Virus record (IMG/VR): IMGVR_UViG_3300008110_000029
Direction: 5' to 3' (one strand)
Source of the DNA: a virus
Lineage: Duplodnaviria; Heunggongvirae; Uroviricota; Caudoviricetes
DNA: 26,073 bases
Shown: piece after piece, positions 1 to 8,376 of the stretch
Layout: every line of letters begins with the position of its first letter
Numbering within the stretch: position 1 is the stretch's first letter
Position numbers and translations under genes: made by a program
The notes under the pieces: model-generated
Database searches by the model: none
What the model was told of the DNA's origin: nothing
Seen by the model: the letters and a program-made list of their open reading frames with translations, nothing else

Positions 1-2
1 TA

Positions 3-764
3 AACAAACCCTACTTGGATAAATTTGAGGATAATCCTAACTGGTGGAATTCTTTTAAAAAATTACTTCCTTACTTTAGACGAGTAGAATTTGCTGGTGG
101 TGAACCACTAATGGATCCACAGCATTATCGCATACTAGATATGCTAGCTCCTTACGGAAATCAAATAGAAATTAAGTATGCCACTAACCTGAATATTTTA
201 GGTAAAAGCAATCGCACTATTTGGGAATATTGGCCTAAATTTAAAAGTGTAGCTGTAAATGTTTCTATTGATGGTATTGGTTCAAGTTATGAGTACATTC
301 GTGGAAACGCAAGTTGGTCAGAATTAATTAACAATATTAAACAGATACAGACTATTCCTAATGTCAGTAGAATAGTAGGCGCTGTAGCTGTACAGATTAG
401 TAATGTATTAATACTGGATGAAATGATAGAATACTTTTTAAATGATTTAGGAATCGTATTCTATACCAATATGGTAAAGTATCCTAAAGTTCTATCTATT
501 CAAACACTTCCTCCAGAACTAAAAACTCAAGCTATAGAAAGATTAGAAAATGTTAAACCTCGGATTGAAAAATTTAAATTAATAAAAGAACATCCAATGC
601 TTTATAATTTAACTATGGGACAAATACAAGGTGTTATCAATTTTCTTAATTCTAAAGACGAAAGCCATCTGTGGAAAGACTGCGTAGAATTTAATCATAG
701 ACTTGATGTCACAAGAGAACAACGATTTGAAGAAGTGACTCCGGAATTTACTGCCTATGTATAA
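3..764 (+). CDS. Radical SAM (twitch/SPASM-type) protein, 5'-truncated by window edge
   Basis: Frame is open from the window start. Has FAGGEP, YATN and VSIDG motifs like the paralogue at 3101-4399. CxxxCxxC would lie upstream of the window. Confidence 0.85.
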   Translation, partial: NKPYLDKFEDNPNWWNSFKKLLPYFRRVEFAGGEPLMDPQHYRILDMLAPYGNQIEIKYATNLNILGKSNRTIWEYWPKFKSVAVNVSIDGIGSSYEYIRGNASWSELINNIKQIQTIPNVSRIVGAVAVQISNVLILDEMIEYFLNDLGIVFYTNMVKYPKVLSIQTLPPELKTQAIERLENVKPRIEKFKLIKEHPMLYNLTMGQIQGVINFLNSKDESHLWKDCVEFNHRLDVTREQRFEEVTPEFTAYV

Positions 765-1611
765 AATAACCTCAGTATGGCCACATCAAGATCAAATCAA
801 GATCGAGTGGAATCTTGGTAAACGCTGTAACTACGATTGCTCATATTGCCCTGCAGACTGCGAAATAGGTAAACCTTTGCGTATTAGCCTCACGGGAGGG
901 GAACCCTGTGTGCATCCAGATATAGAAGACTTATTAGAATATTTCAAACGCAAAGATATTTTTTGGGTAAACTTAACTACCAATGGAACTAGAGGATATC
1001 AATGGTATTTAAATCATGAAATGTTTTATAATCACATCGTGTTCAGTCTGCACTTTGAACAGGAATGGATGAGAATATTTGATAATATAATGAAATTTTA
1101 TGACAGTACTGAGCGTGACTTTCATGTTAATGTAATGGCACACTATAAACACATGCACGGTGTTCGTACAGTGGTTAAAAAGTTTGATGAACTAGGTATT
1201 AGATATGCTGTACGGCGTATCCGTTGGACAGAAGGAGATCACAATGTGTTTGATGATCTTAGATACGAAGGTCAAGATCTTGAGTGGATATTAAACAAGA
1301 ATGCCACAGCTAAACCCAATTGCCGCATAGACGATGAACAGATCATTCATGCCAACGATGTAATCAAACAACATCTAAATCAATTCAAAGGATGGCAATG
1401 TAATGCAGGTCTCGAAAGTCTCATGATCAATTGGGATGGAGAAGTACATCGTGCTACCTGCCGTGTTGGTGGAAGTTTAGGTAATATCTATCAAGACACC
1501 TTTACTGTACCCAATCAACCTGTTGATTGCACTAGAGACTGGTGTACATGTGCCGCAGACATTCCGCTAACTAAAGAGAATAAAAATGAAACAAAAAGTT
1601 CTAATAATTGA
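757..1611 (+). CDS. Radical SAM protein with C-terminal twitch/SPASM-like Cys cluster; apparent in-frame internal deletion
   Basis: CNYDCSYC, LTGGEP, TTNG and C-terminal CNAG..C..CxxxxCxC. Only 15 aa between the Cys motif and GGEP. Confidence 0.85.
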   Translation: MYKITSVWPHQDQIKIEWNLGKRCNYDCSYCPADCEIGKPLRISLTGGEPCVHPDIEDLLEYFKRKDIFWVNLTTNGTRGYQWYLNHEMFYNHIVFSLHFEQEWMRIFDNIMKFYDSTERDFHVNVMAHYKHMHGVRTVVKKFDELGIRYAVRRIRWTEGDHNVFDDLRYEGQDLEWILNKNATAKPNCRIDDEQIIHANDVIKQHLNQFKGWQCNAGLESLMINWDGEVHRATCRVGGSLGNIYQDTFTVPNQPVDCTRDWCTCAADIPLTKENKNETKSSNN

Positions 1612-2272
1612 GCCGCATAGTGATGACAGTTATATAGGTGCCGGTGGATTCTTTTTAAAGAATCGAGATCAGTATGATTTTTACTTTTGTTTAGTTGCGG
1701 CTTCGGATATAGAACTACATCACAAAACTGTAACTAGAGAAGAACGTCTAGCAGAGTATCAACAATTTGTTAAATGGGCTAATGGTACATGGGTACGTCC
1801 CACAACTGGCGAGTTTCAATTGCCATTAGACTTTGATTCCAAGTTAGATTTGTTTCCTCGTTCTAAACTAGTCAAATTAGTAGAAAATGCCATTATGGAA
1901 ATTACGCCAGATATCATTATGACCATGGGTCCTAGTTTTCACATTGATCACACTACTGTCTATGAAGCAGTGATAGCGGCAACTCGTCCAACGTTTAACT
2001 ACTGTCCTAAGACTATGTACATACTGGAAAACCCAACGTATGTGCATAAGTTATATAAAACAGATTATGACACTCCGAATGTATATGTAGAATTAACTGA
2101 GCAAGTAGTACAAGAAAAAATTGATTCATTTGCTAAAATTTTTAAATCGCAAGTGCGTCCACAAGACAACTACTTGTCTAGTAAAGGCATGCTTGATTGG
2201 GCAAAATACCGGGGTATCGAAGCACGTTGTGAATACGCAGAAGCATTTTACCAATACTACCATAGGATATAA
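1586..2272 (+). CDS. PIG-L/LmbE family de-N-acetylase
   Basis: PHSDD and HIDH zinc motifs; C-terminal RG...AEAF pattern typical of the family. Confidence 0.85.
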   Translation: MKQKVLIIEPHSDDSYIGAGGFFLKNRDQYDFYFCLVAASDIELHHKTVTREERLAEYQQFVKWANGTWVRPTTGEFQLPLDFDSKLDLFPRSKLVKLVENAIMEITPDIIMTMGPSFHIDHTTVYEAVIAATRPTFNYCPKTMYILENPTYVHKLYKTDYDTPNVYVELTEQVVQEKIDSFAKIFKSQVRPQDNYLSSKGMLDWAKYRGIEARCEYAEAFYQYYHRI

Positions 2273-2273
2273 G

Positions 2274-3137
2274 ATGGATTTAGTAACTATTGCGTGTGAG
2301 CAAGATTTTGATGTAATGCGACTACAGGCCGAAAGCATCAGTAAGTTTCTACAGCCATGTACACATTGGGTTACTATTAACGAACGTTTTCCAGATAAGC
2401 AACGCTGGAAGGACATGTTAGAGCCATACTACACAAAACATAAACTTGTTTTATTATTTCCTAAATGGTACGAATACTTGCATGTCCCTGATGGATTTGA
2501 GCGCCACCAAGTTTATAAACTTAAAATGGTCAACTATATAAAAGACGAAGAGTTTTTATGTTTAGACCCTAAAGACTTTTTTGTTAAACCTTGCAGTACG
2601 ACTGACTGGGCAGGTGTACTAGGTTGCGGTTGGATCGCTTATGATTCTAACTGGGAACCAGTTATTAAACGATTTGCTGAATACTTTAATGTAGACCCTG
2701 TAAGAGAAAAACAGTTTGCGTCAGAATGTCCGTTTGTATGGCGTACTGAACTAGTTAAAAGTTTAGGTGATATTGAAAAGTTTTGTAGCTGGTATTTAAA
2801 AGGTAAGTGTGGTGAACTAGTATTGTATTCATATCTTGCTAATCATCTAGTTGACGAGTCATTTGTTCCTCGTAAATTTGCTAGAATATTTTGGAGGGGA
2901 GAAACAGTTAACGAAACTGTTTTACAAGATACCTATAATACAGATTACGTTAAAGTTATGGGGTTCCACAGATATGTACGCTATGCCGCAACTGACGAAC
3001 AACTTGCGGCTATTAATGTTTGGCTTAACCAACTAGGATTTAAAACACCTGTTGTAAGATTTAAACCATCTTGGTTTGAACGTTTTAGAAACAGCCGTTA
3101 TTACAAAACGCTCAACTCTGGAAATACATCTCGATAA
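2274..3137 (+). CDS. Hypothetical protein, possibly glycosyltransferase-like (GT-A/DUF6492-like)
   Basis: ATG at 2274 directly follows the upstream stop, so the 2121 start is an overlap extension. N-terminal LVTIAC strand and acidic LDPKD motif. Confidence 0.5.
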   Translation: MDLVTIACEQDFDVMRLQAESISKFLQPCTHWVTINERFPDKQRWKDMLEPYYTKHKLVLLFPKWYEYLHVPDGFERHQVYKLKMVNYIKDEEFLCLDPKDFFVKPCSTTDWAGVLGCGWIAYDSNWEPVIKRFAEYFNVDPVREKQFASECPFVWRTELVKSLGDIEKFCSWYLKGKCGELVLYSYLANHLVDESFVPRKFARIFWRGETVNETVLQDTYNTDYVKVMGFHRYVRYAATDEQLAAINVWLNQLGFKTPVVRFKPSWFERFRNSRYYKTLNSGNTSR

Positions 3138-4399
3138 TTAGTTCCACGCTGTGTATCTGTGGTTTCTAAATAATCTAGTAGTGTAGGAATTTTATCAGTC
3201 CAGTCTGCTGAATTCATGTATTTGATTAATCCCATCCAACGTTGAGCACCATATGGGTCTGTAGCAAAGTCTTTGTAGCCCATATGTTTAGCACAAAAAT
3301 ATTCAATGCGTTTTGCTACTTGATCTTTAATTTCTTTTGGTAGAACACGTACATTTAAGTAATCGGGCAAGTAGACTAAGTGTGTTCCAATAATGCCAGC
3401 GCCATGCGGTGGCAAATTAATCTTTTTAAAGTTCTTGCTAATCTTCCAATTGGCTAATTCTGGTATGCTTGATACGTTAAGCAACTGTACAGCACAAGCA
3501 ATATTAATAATAATGTTATCGGGTGTGTCGTCTAATCTTTCTAAGTTAGTAACAACATTATTCCATTTACTAGGATAACGAATATAATCGTTACGTTGGC
3601 CAAAAGCATCTACACTAAAGTTAAATTTAACCTGCTTAAAATAATTCCACAACTCAAATAACTTCTCCGGCAGTTCCATGCCGTTGCTGTTATAACGTAG
3701 TACACAGTTCTTAGCATTACCTGTTTCAACCATAAACTCTAATATTTTATAGTGTTCTGGTATAAGCAACGGTTCACCACCTGCAAAGTACAACTCTTTG
3801 ATATTGTGTGATTGCGTTCTTAAACTTGATAAGAATTCACCTTTTTGATACCAAGTGTAGTCAAAGTCAATGTTCCATCCTTGATCTTGTTTAAGTTCTA
3901 TTGTTTTGTATTTTGGATACTGTGCTTTCCATTCTTTAATCCAACTACTTGAATCGTGTGGACTACACATAATACACTTTAACTGGCACATATTCCCCAG
4001 GCGTAAATCAAAGTAAGGAATGTCTACAGGCAAAGTTCCGTCGAGGGTTGTTCTAGACACAACGGCATCAAGGTTTAATCGTTCTTTCCACACAACAGTT
4101 TCCCATTGGCGTTTACTAACAATACCGTTGAGTTCTTCTTGATAACATTTGGTACAACTGTATGGTTGTTCTCCATTAAGCATTTGTAGCCGTGTCTGCT
4201 TCATAAAACTGCTGTTCCACACTTGCTCAATTGAGTGTGATTGTAAGTTCATGTTTACGCCATTATCTTTAACAAGGCCTGATTCTTTGTCTGCGGTACC
4301 CGCACCAGATGCGTTAGCAGTGCAACATAAACGGACATCGCCGTTAGGTCTAGTAGCTAAATGGATCCATGGTAATGGACAAAATGTTTTATTGAACAA
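3101..4399 (-). CDS. Twitch-domain radical SAM protein (N-terminal twitch/SPASM-like domain)
   Basis: N-terminal CPLPW..RLCC..CTKC, then CQLKCIMC, FAGGEP, YNSNG, FSVDA. TTG start overlaps the upstream stop. Confidence 0.88.
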   Translation of the reverse strand: MFNKTFCPLPWIHLATRPNGDVRLCCTANASGAGTADKESGLVKDNGVNMNLQSHSIEQVWNSSFMKQTRLQMLNGEQPYSCTKCYQEELNGIVSKRQWETVVWKERLNLDAVVSRTTLDGTLPVDIPYFDLRLGNMCQLKCIMCSPHDSSSWIKEWKAQYPKYKTIELKQDQGWNIDFDYTWYQKGEFLSSLRTQSHNIKELYFAGGEPLLIPEHYKILEFMVETGNAKNCVLRYNSNGMELPEKLFELWNYFKQVKFNFSVDAFGQRNDYIRYPSKWNNVVTNLERLDDTPDNIIINIACAVQLLNVSSIPELANWKISKNFKKINLPPHGAGIIGTHLVYLPDYLNVRVLPKEIKDQVAKRIEYFCAKHMGYKDFATDPYGAQRWMGLIKYMNSADWTDKIPTLLDYLETTDTQRGTNYRDVFPELSVL

Positions 4400-5444
4400 T
4401 TTGGTCTCTTGGTTTTATAAAATCAGTATTTGTGCCACAGGTTCTAGCACAAGTCACTAGTTTATTGATAGACCAAAAATCATCCCATACAGTTTGATAC
4501 GCATGGCTTTCTATGATCTCTTTGATTGATCTTTCAAAAGTATTAACAGATCCTAATTTCTTTACCAATTCATCGTGTTGCTCTCTCATCTTTTGCCTTA
4601 CTGCTAACGCCTCATCTGGATTAATATAACTGTACGGAACGCTAGCTAACCAACAACATGGAAAAAGATCTCCATATGCATCAATGTAAACTTCTTTATC
4701 ATTTTTAGACTTGCAACTAATGATAGATTTGTCAACTATTTGTTGATAATTATCAATTATCTTTTTATCTATAAATTTTAAAGGTACATCTGATGCTGGT
4801 TCTATAAAATGGGTTATTTTCTTTTGTTTATTCATTACATTTATTTTAGGTTCTAATATGAATCTACTAGAATTTTTAAGAGTAAAATATTTAAAACCTA
4901 ATTGTTGAGATAGTAATCTTGCTTCGTCAACTTGATGTTCATTGTGTTTAAATTTTATAAAAACCCATTCGGCAATACCCCCGGCTTCAATAAATGTTTT
5001 GGCATTTTCTAAAACAGTTTCAAACTTGGTTCCTATTCTGTATAATTGATGAGTATCGAATAGACCATCTAATGCAAACACTACTCTATGATTTTTTGGT
5101 AGGACATTCGCTAAAGTTTTCCACCAATCAACAGATCTAGCACTACCGTTAGTGTGGATTACAATTCCGGTATTTGGCGAATGATTATTGCTATATTCAC
5201 ACATTTTTATTAGATCGTTATTAAGAATTGGATCTCCAAAGTTGCCACAAAAATAATAACTACTAAGTTGTTGCAATACTTCTAAAGTTATTACTTTTTT
5301 AAAATCATCAATAGTCCAATTTTTTATTTTGATCAATGGATTGTCTATTCCTCCATTTATATTTCTATTACACATAGGGCAACTAGCTTGACAATTGTTT
5401 GTAATTTCAAGATGAATTTGTTTTAAATTTGAAAAATTAAACAT
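4389..5444 (-). CDS. Radical SAM protein with C-terminal SPASM/twitch domain
   Basis: CQASCPMC, CGNFGDP, HTNG, FALDG and C-terminal C..GDLFPCC..CARTC. Confidence 0.88.
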   Translation of the reverse strand: MFNFSNLKQIHLEITNNCQASCPMCNRNINGGIDNPLIKIKNWTIDDFKKVITLEVLQQLSSYYFCGNFGDPILNNDLIKMCEYSNNHSPNTGIVIHTNGSARSVDWWKTLANVLPKNHRVVFALDGLFDTHQLYRIGTKFETVLENAKTFIEAGGIAEWVFIKFKHNEHQVDEARLLSQQLGFKYFTLKNSSRFILEPKINVMNKQKKITHFIEPASDVPLKFIDKKIIDNYQQIVDKSIISCKSKNDKEVYIDAYGDLFPCCWLASVPYSYINPDEALAVRQKMREQHDELVKKLGSVNTFERSIKEIIESHAYQTVWDDFWSINKLVTCARTCGTNTDFIKPRDQIVQ

Positions 5445-6423
5445 TTTTTTCTTTTGGTATTTTGCTGTCTGCAGAACTTACACAAGTTTCTGTTATGCAC
5501 GAAACAGGATTTCCAAATAAACTAAATCCCTGTTCTAAAGTTCCCAATCTTAAATCTCTGCAACTGTATCCTCTTTTTACTTCATTACCTCGTATAATGA
5601 CACTTTGGTATCCTGAATTACATTTCCAATCTTTAAATTTGTTAAACCCAAATGCATTAAATCTTTCTGCTTGATCAAACAGATATTCTCTGCCTTCTTG
5701 ATCGTACAGAGCAATCTGATATAGTTGTTCTCCCTCTACTGTTTGTGGAAATCCTGTTTGCATTAGATTGATCATTTCCTCAGTGTAACCACTTACTACA
5801 AAACTAGCAGTAGGATCGCTCTGAGGTTTTAAAGTTACATTAATGCCTTTCTTATGAAACCTCTCGCAGCGTTCATATAATTCGTAAAACTTTTCAGGTA
5901 CCATTACTTGATTGACAGTAACATAAACATATTCGTTCATTAATTTTAAGCATTTGTTAACGAAATCTGATTCTTTAGCATGTTCTACATGGTAACTGGC
6001 TGTAACACTCTTTCTCTGCAACATACTAACAGCATTGGCCCAACTTTTCCACCAATTGATGCTCGGGCTGAGATTGGTAGTCATGTGTACACTTTGGTAC
6101 GGTGTAGTTGGACCATCGTCAAGATGTTGTATTAATTGCAACAGATCTTTGTAGGCTGTGGGTTCTCCGCCACTGAAACTCCAATGAAAACGATTAAATC
6201 CATTATTACGGGCTTGACTTTTTATTTGATCGATTGTATTCTTGTAAACTTCAATGGTTTGGTGATCGGGTTTGTCACTGTGTGCATAGGGCCAACAATA
6301 GGAACAACTGTAGTTACAAAATCTTCCTAGGATCCAACTCACAGAAAACAGATTAGTGTCTAACATTGTACGTTGACCAAATCTTACAACTTGCTCAAAA
6401 GGTATTTTTTGAAATTCTGACAT
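5437..6423 (-). CDS. Radical SAM protein
   Basis: CNYSCSYC, FSGGEP, TTN and C-terminal CNSG..C..CITETCVS; paralogous to 757-1611. Confidence 0.88.
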   Translation of the reverse strand: MSEFQKIPFEQVVRFGQRTMLDTNLFSVSWILGRFCNYSCSYCWPYAHSDKPDHQTIEVYKNTIDQIKSQARNNGFNRFHWSFSGGEPTAYKDLLQLIQHLDDGPTTPYQSVHMTTNLSPSINWWKSWANAVSMLQRKSVTASYHVEHAKESDFVNKCLKLMNEYVYVTVNQVMVPEKFYELYERCERFHKKGINVTLKPQSDPTASFVVSGYTEEMINLMQTGFPQTVEGEQLYQIALYDQEGREYLFDQAERFNAFGFNKFKDWKCNSGYQSVIIRGNEVKRGYSCRDLRLGTLEQGFSLFGNPVSCITETCVSSADSKIPKEKNV

Positions 6424-6517
6424 ATATAAATAAAGTTAGAATATTTAGTGAGTTATTTTTTTGCTAGTGAGATTTTAGAATTTGGCGAAATTGCCACATT
6501 TGAGTGCAAAATTTTTG

Positions 6518-6546
6518 TTGACAGCTAAATAAACATACCATATAAT
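6518..6546 (+). promoter_or_regulatory. Consensus sigma70 promoter upstream of leader ORF and tRNA array
   Basis: TTGACA (6518-6523), 17 bp, TATAAT (6541-6546). Confidence 0.9.
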
Positions 6547-6590
6547 TATTAAACGCTGCATGGTGCAGCCTAAAAAGGATATAGAAGCAA

Positions 6591-6731
6591 ATGAAATTAA
6601 CGTCATTACATGGACAATTTAGATCGATAGCCAAACAGGCAGGCTTTATGCCCACCTATTGGTCATGCGAGACAATTAGCCTATCTAATGATCGTGTGCC
6701 AGGTAAGGGGTCCGTGAAGATCACGAGTTAA
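6591..6731 (+). CDS. Putative attenuator leader peptide, 46 aa: MKLTSLHGQFRSIAKQAGFMPTYWSCETISLSNDRVPGKGSVKITS
   Basis: AAGGA at 6575-6579, ATG 6591, TAA 6729-6731. The 3' end overlaps the antiterminator arm. Below the ORF-track size cut-off. Confidence 0.7.
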   Translation: MKLTSLHGQFRSIAKQAGFMPTYWSCETISLSNDRVPGKGSVKITS

Positions 6732-6792
6732 CGAAAAAGTAAACTCAAACTTCAAAAGGACCCCAGGATTAAAAACCCTGGGGTTTTTGTTT
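6707..6792 (+). terminator. Attenuator: antiterminator (6707-6764) competing with intrinsic terminator (6761-6792)
   Basis: Terminator CCCCAGG 6761-6767 / CCTGGGG 6777-6783 plus TTTTTGTTT. Antiterminator GGGGTCC 6707-6713 / GGACCCC 6758-6764, TGAAG/CTTCA, GAGTT/AACTC. Confidence 0.8.
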
Positions 6793-6806
6793 GTAGCAAG
6801 GATAAA

Positions 6807-6965
6807 ATGAAATTTGATATTGAAGACAGTTATAAAGTAGAGCACAGTGAAGGTTTTGTTTTAACTGAAGACCAGTTTAAAAAACTAATTGAGTCTAAAG
6901 TTGAAAGAAACAAAGCACTTTACTCGCTGGACAAAGTGCGGGAACGTAGGGAAAACCTTTCGTAG
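6807..6965 (+). CDS. Hypothetical 52-aa protein (MKFDIEDSYKVEHSEG...)
   Basis: AAGGA RBS, ATG 6807, TAG 6963-6965; first ORF after the attenuator. Confidence 0.6.
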   Translation: MKFDIEDSYKVEHSEGFVLTEDQFKKLIESKVERNKALYSLDKVRERRENLS

Positions 6966-7082
6966 AACGCGAAGTGTAATAGGGAACGCGACCCTGCAGG
7001 GCACTATAAACATCTTGCTACTAATGAGGGCGGCCTTGGGGATGAGAAGTCTGTGGCGATAACGCAGATGTGTAAAAACCAA

Positions 7083-7205
7083 GTGTAGTTAAGTATTCAC
7101 CATTCGCCCTACGACGGCGTCTAAAAGCATAGCGGAGAATACTTAACTACACACTCTCCTAATCATTTCAAAAAAAGGAATGAATGGTTACAATTAGGAG
7201 AGTGT
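7083..7205 (+). repeat. Two adjacent long inverted repeats (16 bp and 13 bp perfect stems)
   Basis: GTGTAGTTAAGTATTC 7083-7098 / 7137-7152; ACACTCTCCTAAT 7151-7163 / 7193-7205. Confidence 0.85.
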
Positions 7206-7215
7206 TATTTGTTAT

Positions 7216-7303
7216 GGATGGGTGTGCCGAATGGTTGAAGGCAACGGACTGTAAATCCGCCACATAAGAAACGCTGTAGGTTCGAATCCTACTCCATCCA
7301 CCA
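7216..7303 (+). tRNA. tRNA-Tyr(GTA)
   Basis: Cloverleaf, loop CTGTAAA, long variable region, TTCGAAT, CCA. Confidence 0.93.
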
Positions 7304-7307
7304 CTGT

Positions 7308-7382
7308 GTATCCCTGGTGTTAACGGCAGCATGACGGTCTCCAAAACCGCTGGTGGGGGTTCGAATCCCTCGGGGTATGCCA
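7308..7382 (+). tRNA. tRNA-Trp(CCA)
   Basis: Loop CTCCAAA, TTCGAAT, CCA. Confidence 0.92.
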
Positions 7383-7393
7383 TTGAAACACGG

Positions 7394-7435
7394 CCTTTGT
7401 CTCTAGGTCATAGATCTACACAAAGGTTCTTTTTT
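7394..7435 (+). terminator. Possible intrinsic terminator after tRNA-Trp
   Basis: CCTTTGT/ACAAAGG stem with inner TCTA/TAGA, followed by TTCTTTTTT. Confidence 0.4.
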
Positions 7436-7437
7436 AT

Positions 7438-7512
7438 GCACGGTTCGTCTATCGGTTAGGACACCCGCCTTTCACGCAGGTAAGAGGGGTTCGATTCCCC
7501 TACCGTGTACCA
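7438..7512 (+). tRNA. tRNA-Glu(TTC)
   Basis: Loop CTTTCAC, TTCGATT, CCA. Confidence 0.93.
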
Positions 7513-7518
7513 TATAAT

Positions 7519-7596
7519 GTGAGGATGGCAGAGAGGCCCAATGCAAGAGTCTGCAAAACTCTAAAACCGTCGGTTCGAATCCGACTCCTCACTCCA
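7519..7596 (+). tRNA. tRNA-Cys(GCA)
   Basis: Loop CTGCAAA, U73, CCA. Confidence 0.93.
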
Positions 7597-7625
7597 TTGA
7601 CATTTATATTTTTTTTCTATATTAT
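7597..7625 (+). promoter_or_regulatory. sigma70-like promoter for the nuclease-like ORF
   Basis: TTGACA, 17 bp, TATTAT. Confidence 0.7.
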
Positions 7626-7630
7626 AAGGT

Positions 7631-8092
7631 ATGGGACAAAGATTTTTAGAAAGCCTTAAAATTGGTGAAACTTGGGAAACTAAGATGGAAGATTGGATGC
7701 AAAGACATTTTGCAAAAACCAATTGGACTATTCACGACACTAGGGATATTCATAGAGACAGCGACGACGATCAGATTCCTGATTACGTTTTACACAATGT
7801 TCAATCAGACAAAGCCTGTTTTATTGATGCTAAAAAAAGAAATGTCTATAATATCCGAGGCGTTAATTATTTTGGATTTGATGAAAAATTTTACACCAGC
7901 TATACAAACATAGCTCGTAAATGTAACACAAAAGTTTATATAGGATTCAATGATCCTATATATGATTCAACTCATGTTTATATTCTTGATGTGGATCACC
8001 CTCCATCATTAAGACTCTACTTCAATAATGAGTATGGTAAAGGATACGCCTATCGTTGGCGTGTTGAAGATTTAACAAAATACAAAATCTAG
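7631..8092 (+). CDS. Putative PD-(D/E)xK-fold nuclease
   Basis: E..MEDW helix, then IPDY and FIDAKKR, matching PD..(D/E)xK catalytic spacing. Confidence 0.6.
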   Translation: MGQRFLESLKIGETWETKMEDWMQRHFAKTNWTIHDTRDIHRDSDDDQIPDYVLHNVQSDKACFIDAKKRNVYNIRGVNYFGFDEKFYTSYTNIARKCNTKVYIGFNDPIYDSTHVYILDVDHPPSLRLYFNNEYGKGYAYRWRVEDLTKYKI

Positions 8093-8181
8093 GAAGTGTG
8101 GCAGAGTCCGGTTTATTGCACCTGTCTTGAAAACAGACGATCAGAAATGGTCCGTGAGTTCAAATCTCACCGCTTCCGCCA
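8092..8181 (+). tRNA. tRNA-Ser(TGA)
   Basis: Loop CTTGAAA, long variable arm, G73, CCA. First base overlaps the upstream TAG. Confidence 0.93.
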
Positions 8182-8185
8182 ATAA

Positions 8186-8260
8186 GGTCTCAAAGTGTTT
8201 ATGGACGCACACAAGCCTGTCACGCTTGAAGAAGGGGATCGTTACCCCTTGGGACCGCCA
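8186..8260 (+). tRNA. tRNA-Asp(GTC)
   Basis: Loop CTGTCAC, atypical T-loop ATCGTTA, G73, CCA. Confidence 0.88.
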
Positions 8261-8278
8261 CAATAAGGAGAACTCAAA

Positions 8279-8308
8279 ATGGGGCGATCGCAGTTATTAT
8301 TATGTTAG
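8279..8308 (+). other. Putative minigene MGRSQLLLC
   Basis: AAGGAG 8265-8270, ATG GGG CGA ... TAG. Confidence 0.35.
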
Positions 8309-8326
8309 TAGTGTTAATATTGTATA

Positions 8327-8355
8327 TTGACAAGAATCTTAAATGAAAGTAAATT
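8327..8355 (+). promoter_or_regulatory. sigma70-like promoter
   Basis: TTGACA, 17 bp, TAAATT. Confidence 0.55.
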
Positions 8356-8376
8356 ATGTTCACAAAGGAGAACGAC

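Noticed and set aside
3101-3137. 37-bp 3' overlap of convergent genes
   Set aside because: Common in compact phage genomes; no additional signal.
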